DNA of 64,000 bases from Acidobacteriota bacterium (GTDB lineage Bacteria; Acidobacteriota; UBA6911): contig OY761556.1 of the NCBI GenBank assembly GCA_963664705.1, positions 1,120,001 through 1,184,000 of the forward strand, in the 5' to 3' direction. The position numbers were made by a program, and so were the translations under genes. Shown piece by piece: positions 10,310-19,833 of the stretch. The notes under the pieces are model-generated. The model had not been told where the DNA came from, ran no database searches, and saw nothing but the letters and a program-made list of their open reading frames with translations. Position 1 is the first letter of the stretch, and every line of letters starts with the position of its first letter.

Positions 10310-12607
10310 ATGATTATGATCAAAAAGATCAAGCTGCTTTCAGCAATTGTCCTTTTCCTTTTAACGACAAGTCCGGCCCAAACAATGCGCGATTCTGCAT
10401 TGCTCCGTAATAACGGGGAGGTTGACGCCCTGATCAAACAAATGACGCTCGAAGAAAAGGTTGCAATGCTCCATGCAAAGCACATGTTTGATTCCAGCGG
10501 AATAGAACGGTTGGGAATTCCAGACTTGAAATATACCGACGGGCCGTTTGGTATTCGGGAGGAATTGCAGCCGAACAGTTGGACGCCGCTGGGCCTGGAG
10601 AATGACAGGGCGACTTTTTTCCCTACCGGCTCCGCGCTGGCTGCCACATGGAGTGCTGAACTGGCGTATGAATATGGCGCGGCAATGGCGCGTGAAGCCC
10701 GCTTGAGGGGAAAGGATATGCTCCTTGGGCCGGCTATCAATATTCAGCGAATTCCCACCGGCGGACGCGCTTATGAGTATCTGAGCGAAGACCCGTTTTT
10801 GAGCTCGCGTCTGTCCGTGGGCTACACGAAGGGAGTGCAGGACAATGGCGTCGCAGTTTGCCTGAAGCATTATGCGCTCAATAATCAGGAGAACAATCGG
10901 GGAACGGTCAATGCTGTAATTGGTGAGCGTGCCATGCGGGAGATTTATCTTGCTCCTTTCAAAGCCGCGGTAACCGAGGCGGATGCATATGGAATCATGG
11001 CTGCGTACAACAAGGTCAACGGCCGGTGGTGTGCTGAGAATGACATGCTTCTCAATAAAATCCTGCGGGATGAATGGGGTTTTGCCGGGATGGTTATTTC
11101 GGACTGGGGCGGAACCCACAGCACTGTGGATGCAATAAAAAGCGGATTGAATGTGGAAATGCCCGATAAACGATTTTTCGGGCAGGCCCTGCTGGATGCA
11201 GTGAAATCCGGACTTGTTTCTGAAGCTGTTATCAATCAGCGCGTCAGGGAAATATTGAGAGTCAGGTTGGCCGTCAAGCCGGTTCCCGCAGATAGTGCAA
11301 ACAAGGAAATCACCTCGCAGTCGGCCCAGCAGCAGATTGCCTACAAGGTTGCATGCAGATCCATCGTTCTTTTAAAAAATGAAGGCGCGCTGCCGCTGCA
11401 ATTGAAAGACAGGCCGAAGATTGCTGTTGTCGGAGCCAATGCCGTTCAAGTTATGGCAACCGGCGGTTTGGGGGCCGGCGTGAAAACATTGTATGAGGTC
11501 ACGCCGCTTGAAGGGCTAAAAAACAGGATTGGAGACAAAGCGGAAATCATATATGCGAAAGGATATGAACCGGCGGGACCCGGTTCTGCCAACAGATTCC
11601 GCAAGAGATCGCCGGAGGAACTCGAAAAAGAAAATCGCGAGAGGGAAGCCACGGCCCAAAAGCTGGCAAAAGAAGCTATGGATGCAGCGGCAAAGGCCAA
11701 TGTTGTTGTTTTTATAGGCGGCGATAACCGAACGGTGGAAACCGAAGGAAAGGACCGGGATGATATCTTCCTGCCTTCAGGGCAGGACGACTTGATGCGC
11801 AAGATTGCCGAAGTGAATCCCAATATCGTGACGGTGCTGGTCAGTGGCGCTCCCAATGACCTTAACGTGGCAAAAAGCGTTTCCAGGGCCTTGCTGATTT
11901 CATGGTTTAACGGCTCCGAAGGTGGAAATGCCCTGGCCGATGTGCTGATCGGTAAAATTTCTCCAAGCGGACGTTTGCCGTTCACTATTCCGGCAAAGCT
12001 GCAGGATTCGCCCGCCTATGCCTTGGGCAACTATCCGCAAGGCAGAAAGAGCTCCGATGTCTTTGCCAACCTGGTTTCACAAACCAATCCAGGAGGAAAG
12101 TCGGAAGAGGAAACTGCAGGCAAAGCGGCAACCAGCGACCCGAATACCGCTATGTATTCGGAAGAATCGCTGGTAGGGTATCGCTGGTTTGACACCCGGA
12201 ACGTGCCGGTGGCGTATCCCTTTGGGCACGGCCTTACCTACACTGCATTCAGGTATGCAGCCCTTTCTGCCGACAAAGGCAGCTACGGCAAAAACGATAC
12301 AATCGCAATTTCCTTTAACTTGAAAAACACTGGAATGGCGGTGGCTGAAGAAGTGGCACAGGTTTATATCCACCGGACAAGTCCATCGGTTGACTGGCCC
12401 TATAAGGAACTCAAAGCTTTTTCGCGGGTGGCGCTTAATCCGGGTGAAAGCAGGGTGGTTGCCCTGAAAATTCCGGTTGAAAGCCTTCGATACTGGAATG
12501 AAAAACGGCATGCATGGGATGACGACCTTTGCAATATTGAAATCCTGGTTGGCGCATCGGCAGGCGATATCAAACTTAAAAAGATGGTTCAGCTAAAGTC
12601 CAAATGA
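10310..12607 (+). CDS. Secreted GH3 beta-glucosidase/xylosidase with C-terminal Fn3-like domain
   Basis: Signal peptide; DGPFGIR; GRAYEYLSEDP; LKHY; VISDWG nucleophile; EGKDR; PSGRLPFT; YPFGHGLTY; ELKAF. Confidence 0.92.
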   Translation: MIMIKKIKLLSAIVLFLLTTSPAQTMRDSALLRNNGEVDALIKQMTLEEKVAMLHAKHMFDSSGIERLGIPDLKYTDGPFGIREELQPNSWTPLGLENDRATFFPTGSALAATWSAELAYEYGAAMAREARLRGKDMLLGPAINIQRIPTGGRAYEYLSEDPFLSSRLSVGYTKGVQDNGVAVCLKHYALNNQENNRGTVNAVIGERAMREIYLAPFKAAVTEADAYGIMAAYNKVNGRWCAENDMLLNKILRDEWGFAGMVISDWGGTHSTVDAIKSGLNVEMPDKRFFGQALLDAVKSGLVSEAVINQRVREILRVRLAVKPVPADSANKEITSQSAQQQIAYKVACRSIVLLKNEGALPLQLKDRPKIAVVGANAVQVMATGGLGAGVKTLYEVTPLEGLKNRIGDKAEIIYAKGYEPAGPGSANRFRKRSPEELEKENREREATAQKLAKEAMDAAAKANVVVFIGGDNRTVETEGKDRDDIFLPSGQDDLMRKIAEVNPNIVTVLVSGAPNDLNVAKSVSRALLISWFNGSEGGNALADVLIGKISPSGRLPFTIPAKLQDSPAYALGNYPQGRKSSDVFANLVSQTNPGGKSEEETAGKAATSDPNTAMYSEESLVGYRWFDTRNVPVAYPFGHGLTYTAFRYAALSADKGSYGKNDTIAISFNLKNTGMAVAEEVAQVYIHRTSPSVDWPYKELKAFSRVALNPGESRVVALKIPVESLRYWNEKRHAWDDDLCNIEILVGASAGDIKLKKMVQLKSK

Positions 12608-12692
12608 CAAAAGCTTTTGTTGCCGGACGGGTCGGAATGGCCGTCCATATCCCTTCTGATCGATGCAGCGGCCGGCAAAAGGAGAAGCTCCT

Positions 12693-13784
12693 ATGTTCTC
12701 ACAGATTAAAGAATTATCCGTGGAAAGAGACCTCCAGCGCCAGTTGATGCGAAAGCGTGATTTTATCGCTTTTGGTTCCGGCTCTTCAGCGCTGTTATTC
12801 GCGGCCGAAGCGGCGGACTGGGGTAGTCGCATTATTTATTTTGCTGACAATGATCCAAAGCGCCAGGGCTCTCGGCTCAATGGCATTGAAATCCTGGCGC
12901 CTGCGCGACTGCTCGAGTTCCCGGACACGCCTATCGTCGTTTGCAGTCATGCCTGGATTGAGATAGTGCTGCAGCTCCATGCGATGGGCTTAAAGAGGAA
13001 TGTGTTTGTTTTCCGGGACTCGATCCCCTGGGACTTTCATCGATTGAGCGCCAGAGCAATTCACTGCTACTGGGAGGAAATTGAGGCGGTTTACCAAAAC
13101 CTGGCGGATGAGCCTTCGCGCATCGCTTTCGAATCAGTTCTTCGATGTCGACTGACCATGGACGCGGATTACCTCGTAGCTCCTGGATTCGAACAGTATG
13201 TGCACCCGTTGGTGAGGGCGACTGAAGGGGATATCGTTGCCGATGTCGGTGGATTCGACGGGTATACCGCGATCCTTTTTGCGGAGGCGGTAAAACCTGC
13301 CGGGCGCGTGTATTCTTTCGAGCCGGAGCCGCACAACCTTGGTGTCATGCAGGAAGCCATACGCAAACAGGGACTGGAAAGCCTCATTACCATCTGTCCC
13401 AAGGGAGCCTGGAGCTCAAATGGTCAGACGGCGCTTGCGACAACCAACCGGGAGTCCTGGAATTTTTTTGTGGAACCGGGAGGTGATACCAAAATAGAGG
13501 TTGTAACGCTGGATAGCTATTTCGAGGCGCAGAAGACCTTTCCTAACCTAATCAAAATAGATGTCGAGGGGGGCGAACTGGAGGTGCTGCGCGGCGCAAG
13601 ACAGTTGATAGCCAAACACAAGCCCAAGCTCCAAATCAGCCTGTATCACAAGGCGCCGGACCTTTGGCGCCTGCCGAGTTGGGTGCTCGCGTGCCGTCCT
13701 GATTACAGGATTTACTGTGCTAACCACTATAATTACGCACCTGATCAGGTAGAACATGAAGAGCTTGTTCTGTATGCCATCTAG
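12693..13784 (+). CDS. FkbM-family SAM-dependent methyltransferase with N-terminal Rossmann-like segment
   Basis: DVGGFDG, VYSFEP, IKIDVEGGELEVLRGA, LQISLYH; AGGAG RBS before ATG 12693. Confidence 0.88.
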   Translation: MFSQIKELSVERDLQRQLMRKRDFIAFGSGSSALLFAAEAADWGSRIIYFADNDPKRQGSRLNGIEILAPARLLEFPDTPIVVCSHAWIEIVLQLHAMGLKRNVFVFRDSIPWDFHRLSARAIHCYWEEIEAVYQNLADEPSRIAFESVLRCRLTMDADYLVAPGFEQYVHPLVRATEGDIVADVGGFDGYTAILFAEAVKPAGRVYSFEPEPHNLGVMQEAIRKQGLESLITICPKGAWSSNGQTALATTNRESWNFFVEPGGDTKIEVVTLDSYFEAQKTFPNLIKIDVEGGELEVLRGARQLIAKHKPKLQISLYHKAPDLWRLPSWVLACRPDYRIYCANHYNYAPDQVEHEELVLYAI

Positions 13785-13819
13785 TGGACTGCCGCAGATA
13801 AATTGAAAGTGCTTAAGAA

Positions 13820-13846
13820 CGGGCATGCCACGGAATGGCATGCCCG
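13820..13846. terminator. Hairpin, probable terminator after FkbM gene
   Basis: CGGGCATGCCA-cggaa-TGGCATGCCCG perfect 11-bp stem between convergent genes. Confidence 0.55.
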
Positions 13847-14065
13847 ATGCTAATGTTTTTGGGCAGTTGCTATCATCCCCAGCATTTCAGTTGTTATAGG
13901 CCTTCTAGCATATTCACAGCACAAAGCATCCTGCAGACCAGCCATGGTGACCTTTAAGAATTTGGTATTGCCAGTCAGCCGTCCGAAATCCCTGGGTCCG
14001 GTCACAACCTTCCATGAGACGATGGCTTCATAGTTTTTGATCCACTTGTGTGGCTGTTTAGCCGG

Positions 14066-15130
14066 TTAGCGGACGCTTTCAAAGAAAGTCAGCTTTACAC
14101 CTCCGACGCCCATTCCCGGGTTCGAGCTCAGGTATACTCCCTGGTTAAGCCAGGCATACTTGCTGTCCACTCGAACCTCAAACGAGGGAGCCAATAATCC
14201 GAAAGTGCCGCCATTGCGCACGATAATGACCTCGCCATCACTTGTTTGCCACAGGTAGCGTGCATCGATCGTAGGCGGATTTGCCAGGTTCTGGTAATCC
14301 GCGCCTCCCGGCAGTACTTTCCCGGTGATCCTTCCTTCCAAAGTTCCACCGGTGATGGGAATTATGTTTCGGTTTCCTGCCTTCGCGGCTCCCACCGATT
14401 GGCTAGGTCCCAGGGTCACATTTTCGACGATCAATTGGGCTCCATTCTTCTCCGCTGCTGTTGCCTTTCGGTAATTCCACTGCTGATCCAGGACGCCCGA
14501 TGGCTTGGTCACCTGGATCGAATTTTTTGCATCGGCAGCGACGGCGACTCCGGAGACATCGTAGACGCGTATTTTCATGGTCTTTGCCTCCGAATCCACT
14601 ATTCGTCTTCCCGCGTATTTTCCGGTATTCAGCCAGCTGTAATTGCCGGCATTTGGCGCCTCAAAATCGGGCACTATCCTCACATCGTTCGAATCTGCGG
14701 CCGTACCCGCACTCCGCAGGAAGATATATTTACCATCGCTGGTCCGCAGCACCAATATCTGCTCAATTTCCATGCTGCCATTGGAAAAACGCAGCTGAAA
14801 GTCCAATCCTCCGGACATGATTGAGCCATTGATTTTTTCGCCCGTTACCGTGCCATCCTGAAAGACGAATACATCTCGCTGACCATAGGGCGTCTTGCCC
14901 AGATCATATTTTTGATCCAGCCTCAGTGTTGCTTCGAGGACAAGCGCACCTTGCTCCGGCACCGGGATGCCCTCCGCCATTCCGCAGGGCCACGATTTGT
15001 GCGGGATCAATATCCTGGCGGCTCCGCCGGAGTTTGCCTTTGTCTGGCCGTCCAGTGGCGGTAATTGGCAGAAAATCAGGAAACCTGCACACAACAAAGA
15101 TATCGATGTCATCCAGCGTTTATTGTTCAT
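14066..15130 (-). CDS. Secreted protein with two tandem DUF3237-like domains
   Basis: Signal peptide; repeated pattern G-x-R..I.GG.V.G..I.G.V..GG.D.Q...T.DG..I...P.FE......WLN.G.Y present twice. Confidence 0.75.
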   Translation of the reverse strand: MNNKRWMTSISLLCAGFLIFCQLPPLDGQTKANSGGAARILIPHKSWPCGMAEGIPVPEQGALVLEATLRLDQKYDLGKTPYGQRDVFVFQDGTVTGEKINGSIMSGGLDFQLRFSNGSMEIEQILVLRTSDGKYIFLRSAGTAADSNDVRIVPDFEAPNAGNYSWLNTGKYAGRRIVDSEAKTMKIRVYDVSGVAVAADAKNSIQVTKPSGVLDQQWNYRKATAAEKNGAQLIVENVTLGPSQSVGAAKAGNRNIIPITGGTLEGRITGKVLPGGADYQNLANPPTIDARYLWQTSDGEVIIVRNGGTFGLLAPSFEVRVDSKYAWLNQGVYLSSNPGMGVGGVKLTFFESVR

Positions 15131-15178
15131 AGCGTTGCCTCGGATAATGCATGTCGTTTCTGGCCGGAATACACGGTT

Positions 15179-16966
15179 TTATTTTGCCTCGCATTTGTAT
15201 GAAGCTGCATTCTCAGCCGGTCCGGATACATATCGAGGATAAGACGGATAAGAACACATAGGAAGGCTGCGATTTCCCCCCGTTACCGTTACGGACATCT
15301 GCGGGGCTGCTTTTTTTTCAACCCAGTCAACCAACAGGTTTAGCCGGCTGAAAGTGTTGGGGATGGGAGCGGTAGGAATGGACTTGCCATCGCCGTCGAC
15401 TGCATAATTTGTTCCGCTCAATCCATGATTTGCCTGAGGCAGAACGTAGAATCGGGCAAAGGAGTCCACTTTTTTCCGGCCCATTTTGTTGAGGACTGAC
15501 TGATAGTAATCAAGCTGAGCTCCTGGTGAAGCCAGCGTATCATTTGTTCCGATGACTACCAGGAGCTTTCCGCCCTTTTTTCGAAACGCATCCAGGTTCG
15601 GGTTTGTCGAATCAAGCGAAAGCGATATTTGCTTCCGCCGTGCATCAAATTTGCCACCCTCTACATAGTCCAGCGGATTGGCTTTGATATCCTGCATCAG
15701 AAATCCGGTGACGCCCAGAATGCCAAGATGCGTGTGGATGGGGGCATTGTCGCCGGCGCCTTCCTGGCCGCGATACCTGGCCGGAACCATCAATCCGCTG
15801 CCGGATGGATCGGTATTCGGCACCCACATGCCGAACGATTTGACTCCGTTGGCCAGCGGGGATGCAAAAGGATACCGGCGGTAGATGAATTGGAGGGTAG
15901 AAATCTGGCCGTCTGTGAGACAGGCATTCGCGCTGGTATCGCCGGGGTTGGGATCCACGTTATTCGGGCAGCGCCGGGCACTCCATGGATTGCTGCCCTT
16001 CGGCGCTTGTGTCTGATCGAAGATTGCGCGGCACGCCATGTAGTTGTTGATGATTCCGTCCGCCAGTCCGTCCAGCTTGTCGCATTGGCGCATGAATTCG
16101 CCGCGGATCGCATTCACTTTAGACATGGGGACATAGTTGGACAGCGGTTTTTCCTGAATCCGTATTAACTCGGGCGCAAGCATCAGCGATGAAAAGCTGA
16201 CGATAGGAACATTTGCCGCGACTCCGTCATAGTCCGCTGGATACCGTTGGGCTACGGTGAGAGCTTCGCGCCCACCCTGTGAGCTGCCGAAGAAATAATT
16301 GAACCGGGGTCTTTCCCCATACATTCTCTCAATCAAAACCATCGCGGCATCGTGCGTCTTCTTCAGTTGCATGTAGCCCAGGTTGACCATTCCTTCGTCG
16401 TTCAGGGTCCAGTCGTCCGAATTGGAGGGAGCTGCCGCAGGCCTCGAAGTGAGGCCTGGTCCCATCATAGGCCCCATCTGATGCCCGGAATCGCTGCCAT
16501 AGGTAGCAAATCCAATTTGCACAAGAGAGGTTCTTGAAGATTGATCCACTCCGCTGGTCAGATTCGGAATAACGCCATTGAGTCCGCCGCCGCCCATCTG
16601 GGCTGCGCGATGATTCCAGGCGGCAGGGAGTACTACCCTGAAATTAATCAGCCTGGCGGTGGCCTCTTTTGAGACCGGGGCCATGGCACCGGTTACGCTG
16701 CAATTGGCGGGCGCGGAATTCGTTGCGTTTGTCCAGATCGGCGCGCTCAATGTTACGGCAGAGACCGGTTCGCCGATGGCTGAGATAGGAATGGCAGAAC
16801 CCAGCTTTGACGTTGCGCAATCCGCTTCCGTTATGACTTTGTCTTCTCCCAATGAGGGCAAACCGGAGCTTGCCGAAACCTGAGCCTGTAAAAGGGCTGC
16901 TGGGCAGCTCAACAGGCAGGCCAAGATAACAGCCAGCGATGCGGCCTTGGCAACTCTACTCGTCAT
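15179..16966 (-). CDS. Secreted tannase/feruloyl esterase family alpha/beta hydrolase
   Basis: Start MTSRVAK with GGGAGA RBS; LPAAWN..GGGG; DSGH; GSSQGGRE nucleophile; YPADYDG; CDKLDGLADGII; GGKLL; NHG. Confidence 0.88.
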   Translation of the reverse strand: MTSRVAKAASLAVILACLLSCPAALLQAQVSASSGLPSLGEDKVITEADCATSKLGSAIPISAIGEPVSAVTLSAPIWTNATNSAPANCSVTGAMAPVSKEATARLINFRVVLPAAWNHRAAQMGGGGLNGVIPNLTSGVDQSSRTSLVQIGFATYGSDSGHQMGPMMGPGLTSRPAAAPSNSDDWTLNDEGMVNLGYMQLKKTHDAAMVLIERMYGERPRFNYFFGSSQGGREALTVAQRYPADYDGVAANVPIVSFSSLMLAPELIRIQEKPLSNYVPMSKVNAIRGEFMRQCDKLDGLADGIINNYMACRAIFDQTQAPKGSNPWSARRCPNNVDPNPGDTSANACLTDGQISTLQFIYRRYPFASPLANGVKSFGMWVPNTDPSGSGLMVPARYRGQEGAGDNAPIHTHLGILGVTGFLMQDIKANPLDYVEGGKFDARRKQISLSLDSTNPNLDAFRKKGGKLLVVIGTNDTLASPGAQLDYYQSVLNKMGRKKVDSFARFYVLPQANHGLSGTNYAVDGDGKSIPTAPIPNTFSRLNLLVDWVEKKAAPQMSVTVTGGNRSLPMCSYPSYPRYVSGPAENAASYKCEAK

Positions 16967-17061
16967 GGGTTCTCTCCCGTCTTGAGCTCTGAATATCATT
17001 CTTGTTCTTCCCCCAATACACAAAGCGTTGTGTGTCTTCCCGACAGAGTGGATACGCTGCA

Positions 17062-18621
17062 CTAAATCGATTTCTTTGCCAGTATGTTCCTCACCGCAAT
17101 TCGGCCTGTGCACATGGCCTCCGAATTGTTTCCTCCGCCGTTGTACATCCATCCCCAGAACGAGCCCAACTCTCCCGCGCTGTAAAGGCCTGAGATAGGC
17201 TGATTGTCAGGATCCACTATCTGGCACTTCGGGTTGCGCTTGGGCCCCCCCTGAGTGTTGAATGTGGCAGGATAAACCTTCACGCAGTAAAAGGGTGGTT
17301 TGTCAATCGCGATCAGGCTGCGCCCCGGTCTTCCGAAATCCTGATCATTCTTGTTCTTGCACTGATCGTTCCAGCGCGCTATCGAAGCTTCCAAATCAGC
17401 AGGCTTCATTTCGAGCTTGTTGGCCAGATCGGCCAGAGTCTCTCCTTTGATGATCCATCCCTTTTCAATTTCCTTGGAATTATCCCGGCTTCCCTGGTAC
17501 CCGCCGAACCATCCGAACCATCCGAATTTAAAAGACATGCCGCCCGCAATGTTTCCTTTGGTTCGCGCATTTTCGTCGAAGATTCCAAAGCAGGGGATGC
17601 GCGTAAAGGCACCGAGGACTCCATCGAAATAAAGCAGGTTTTCCTTATGACCGAAACCGTGACGGTTTTCCCGCATTTCGTTCATAAAGCGTTTGCCGGT
17701 TTTATCCACCAGGACGTACGCATTTCCCGGAAAACTGACCGGTATCATGACCGGATCGAATTCGGGAACCATCAGGCAGCCAATCCCTGCCAGCGAGTTG
17801 TTCATGTGCCAGAGTGCCGCACCCGCTTTTTGTGCCATGGCTATTCCATCGCCCGTATTTCCTGGCGTGCCGCGACCATAGGTAGGCCAGCCTGGAAGGA
17901 ACTGTTTCTGCATTTCGAAGTTAAACTCAAATCCGCCGCAGGCAAGAAGGACTCCCTTCCTGGCCTTGATTGCAATCTGTTTACCCGCAGCCGAGGCTTT
18001 GACTCCGATGACTTCCCGGGTGGCAGACAGGACCAAGTCCTTGGCGGGTGTTTCATACAGGATCTCAATTCCTCTCTTCTCAACCTGCTCGCGAAATGGA
18101 ATCCAAAGCTTGCCTTCTCCCGCTCCGCCATTACTCCAGGTGCGCACGCACTTCGAACCAGGAAGTTCCGGGTGTTCGGGCTGAAACATGCCCAAAGGCT
18201 GAGGCTTTATGCCCAAAGTTTCCAGCCAGCCGTTCAGCTGCAGCATCTCCTCGGCAAGAGCCTGAATGCTTTCTTTATCGGTCAAGCCAGCGCAAAGCGC
18301 TTGAATGTACTCGAGCGCCTCCGGCAGGTTTGTCGGCGTCCACCACATATTTCCGGAAACCCTGCTATTGCCTCCTTCATACTTCTGCGCCATTTTTTCA
18401 AGAACCAGAACCTTGGCTCCGGCATCTTTTGCGGCAATAGCTGCGGATAATCCGGCAAAACCGGTTCCGATAATGACCACATCCGCCTCTTTGTCCCAGC
18501 GGAGAGCCGGCCCGGACGTCTTGGGTGCGCCCAAGACGCTCGCGGCGGCAATGCCGGGTGCTGCGACTGCGGTTCTTCTCAGGAATTTTCGCCGTGTAAC
18601 CTGGTTTTTCTCGTCGTTCAT
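17062..18621 (-). CDS. Tat-exported FAD-binding dehydrogenase (fumarate reductase flavoprotein/3-ketosteroid dehydrogenase-like)
   Basis: TRRKFLRR signal; DVVIIGTGFAG; GGNSRVSG; ACGGFE; NTGDG; GKRFMNE; TQGG; GLYSAGE; GGAGG RBS. Confidence 0.87.
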   Translation of the reverse strand: MNDEKNQVTRRKFLRRTAVAAPGIAAASVLGAPKTSGPALRWDKEADVVIIGTGFAGLSAAIAAKDAGAKVLVLEKMAQKYEGGNSRVSGNMWWTPTNLPEALEYIQALCAGLTDKESIQALAEEMLQLNGWLETLGIKPQPLGMFQPEHPELPGSKCVRTWSNGGAGEGKLWIPFREQVEKRGIEILYETPAKDLVLSATREVIGVKASAAGKQIAIKARKGVLLACGGFEFNFEMQKQFLPGWPTYGRGTPGNTGDGIAMAQKAGAALWHMNNSLAGIGCLMVPEFDPVMIPVSFPGNAYVLVDKTGKRFMNEMRENRHGFGHKENLLYFDGVLGAFTRIPCFGIFDENARTKGNIAGGMSFKFGWFGWFGGYQGSRDNSKEIEKGWIIKGETLADLANKLEMKPADLEASIARWNDQCKNKNDQDFGRPGRSLIAIDKPPFYCVKVYPATFNTQGGPKRNPKCQIVDPDNQPISGLYSAGELGSFWGWMYNGGGNNSEAMCTGRIAVRNILAKKSI

Positions 18622-18840
18622 CAACGCCTCCAATGCACTGCTTGCGATTTAGGGGAACACCGGCATCATGTCCTGGTGTTCCTTCGTCTCGATCGTTATT
18701 TTACTGAACATTCGTTGCAGTCCCGCGGACATAAGCGCCGCAAAAACGGTGGCAGGAATAAATCCATACTTTGCATGACTGGAGACATCCTCACCGATCC
18801 CATTGCTGCGGTCGCCAAGCTATCGAACCTGTTTGCGCAT

Positions 18841-18871
18841 TGTCAAGCAATATGTCACATATGTGTGACAT
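18841..18871 (-). promoter_or_regulatory. Palindromic operator adjacent to TTGACA -35 element (second copy)
   Basis: ATGTCACA-TATG-TGTGACAT at 18852-18871. TTGACA on the minus strand at 18846-18841, followed 18 nt later by TAGCTT. Geometry matches 10016-10050. Confidence 0.6.
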
Positions 18872-19048
18872 GCAGCGGATTCTCCATGGCACTGATGTCG
18901 CTGGGACGGCTAATGCTGTTTACTATTTGTCCAGTACGAAGTCCTTCGGAGAGCGGTGGCTTGCCACCGCCTTCGGTTTTTATGGCTTTCAAAGGCGGCG
19001 GCAAGGCGCCGCTCTCAACGGTTCCCATTCGGGCAAGCCTTTTTGCGA

Positions 19049-19744
19049 TTAGTAGGCGGCATTTGGCTCGACCACAGCGCTTCCAGTTCCGGATGCACCC
19101 GGAAGCTGGGATGGCGGTTTATGGCAGGTCAGACAACGCGTTGTGGCCGCAAATACCTGAGTTTTTCCATCGACATGATTTTTCCCATTGTGACAGGAGG
19201 TGCAGCCGCCTGTCTCGTGGGGGACTTCCATTCCGATCGGGCCGCTGGCGCTTCGTTCGAAGGGCTTAGGATGGCAATCGCCGCAGGAGAAGCCGCCAAT
19301 TTTCGACGATTTCTGCCCTGAATCCGCTCCAAGATGGCGAATATGGGAAAAGGCGACGGGATCCATGCGGTTCAATTTGATGGTGACATCGCCTGTCGGC
19401 ATGTGACAGGCGGAGCATTCTTTTATGGCAAGAGCTGTTGCTGAGTTTCGAGGGCCCCTGGTTTTTCCATCATGGCAGGAACCGCAAGCCTGACCTTGGC
19501 GGATGCTGTTCATTTCAACGAAGGTAGTATTGGATGCGTCGGGCGTGTGGCACTTGGTGCACTCGAATCCTGCTCCACGGAGGTCATGAGTTCGATGGCT
19601 GAATACCACAGGCCCTGTCTCACCGGGCTTTCCCGGATACAGCACAAAGCCGCCGTCTCTGGATGCCGCACCACAGAAAGGCCGAAACAGAATGACCGCA
19701 CAGAGGGCACCCGCGCCAATGGATAATAGCCTCATAGGTTTCAT
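19049..19744 (-). CDS. Hexaheme c-type cytochrome (two c7-like triheme domains)
   Basis: Signal peptide; six CxxCH (CTKCH, CGSCH, CSACH, CGDCH, CTSCH, CLTCH); two VxFSH starts typical of c7 domains. Confidence 0.88.
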   Translation of the reverse strand: MKPMRLLSIGAGALCAVILFRPFCGAASRDGGFVLYPGKPGETGPVVFSHRTHDLRGAGFECTKCHTPDASNTTFVEMNSIRQGQACGSCHDGKTRGPRNSATALAIKECSACHMPTGDVTIKLNRMDPVAFSHIRHLGADSGQKSSKIGGFSCGDCHPKPFERSASGPIGMEVPHETGGCTSCHNGKNHVDGKTQVFAATTRCLTCHKPPSQLPGASGTGSAVVEPNAAY

Positions 19745-19833
19745 GTCCTGATTTAGGGAAATCAAACGCCACGAACAGCAGTGGATTTTAGCATAGTGCT
19801 CCCCTGAGTGCGTGGCGTGATTGTTGGATTGAG

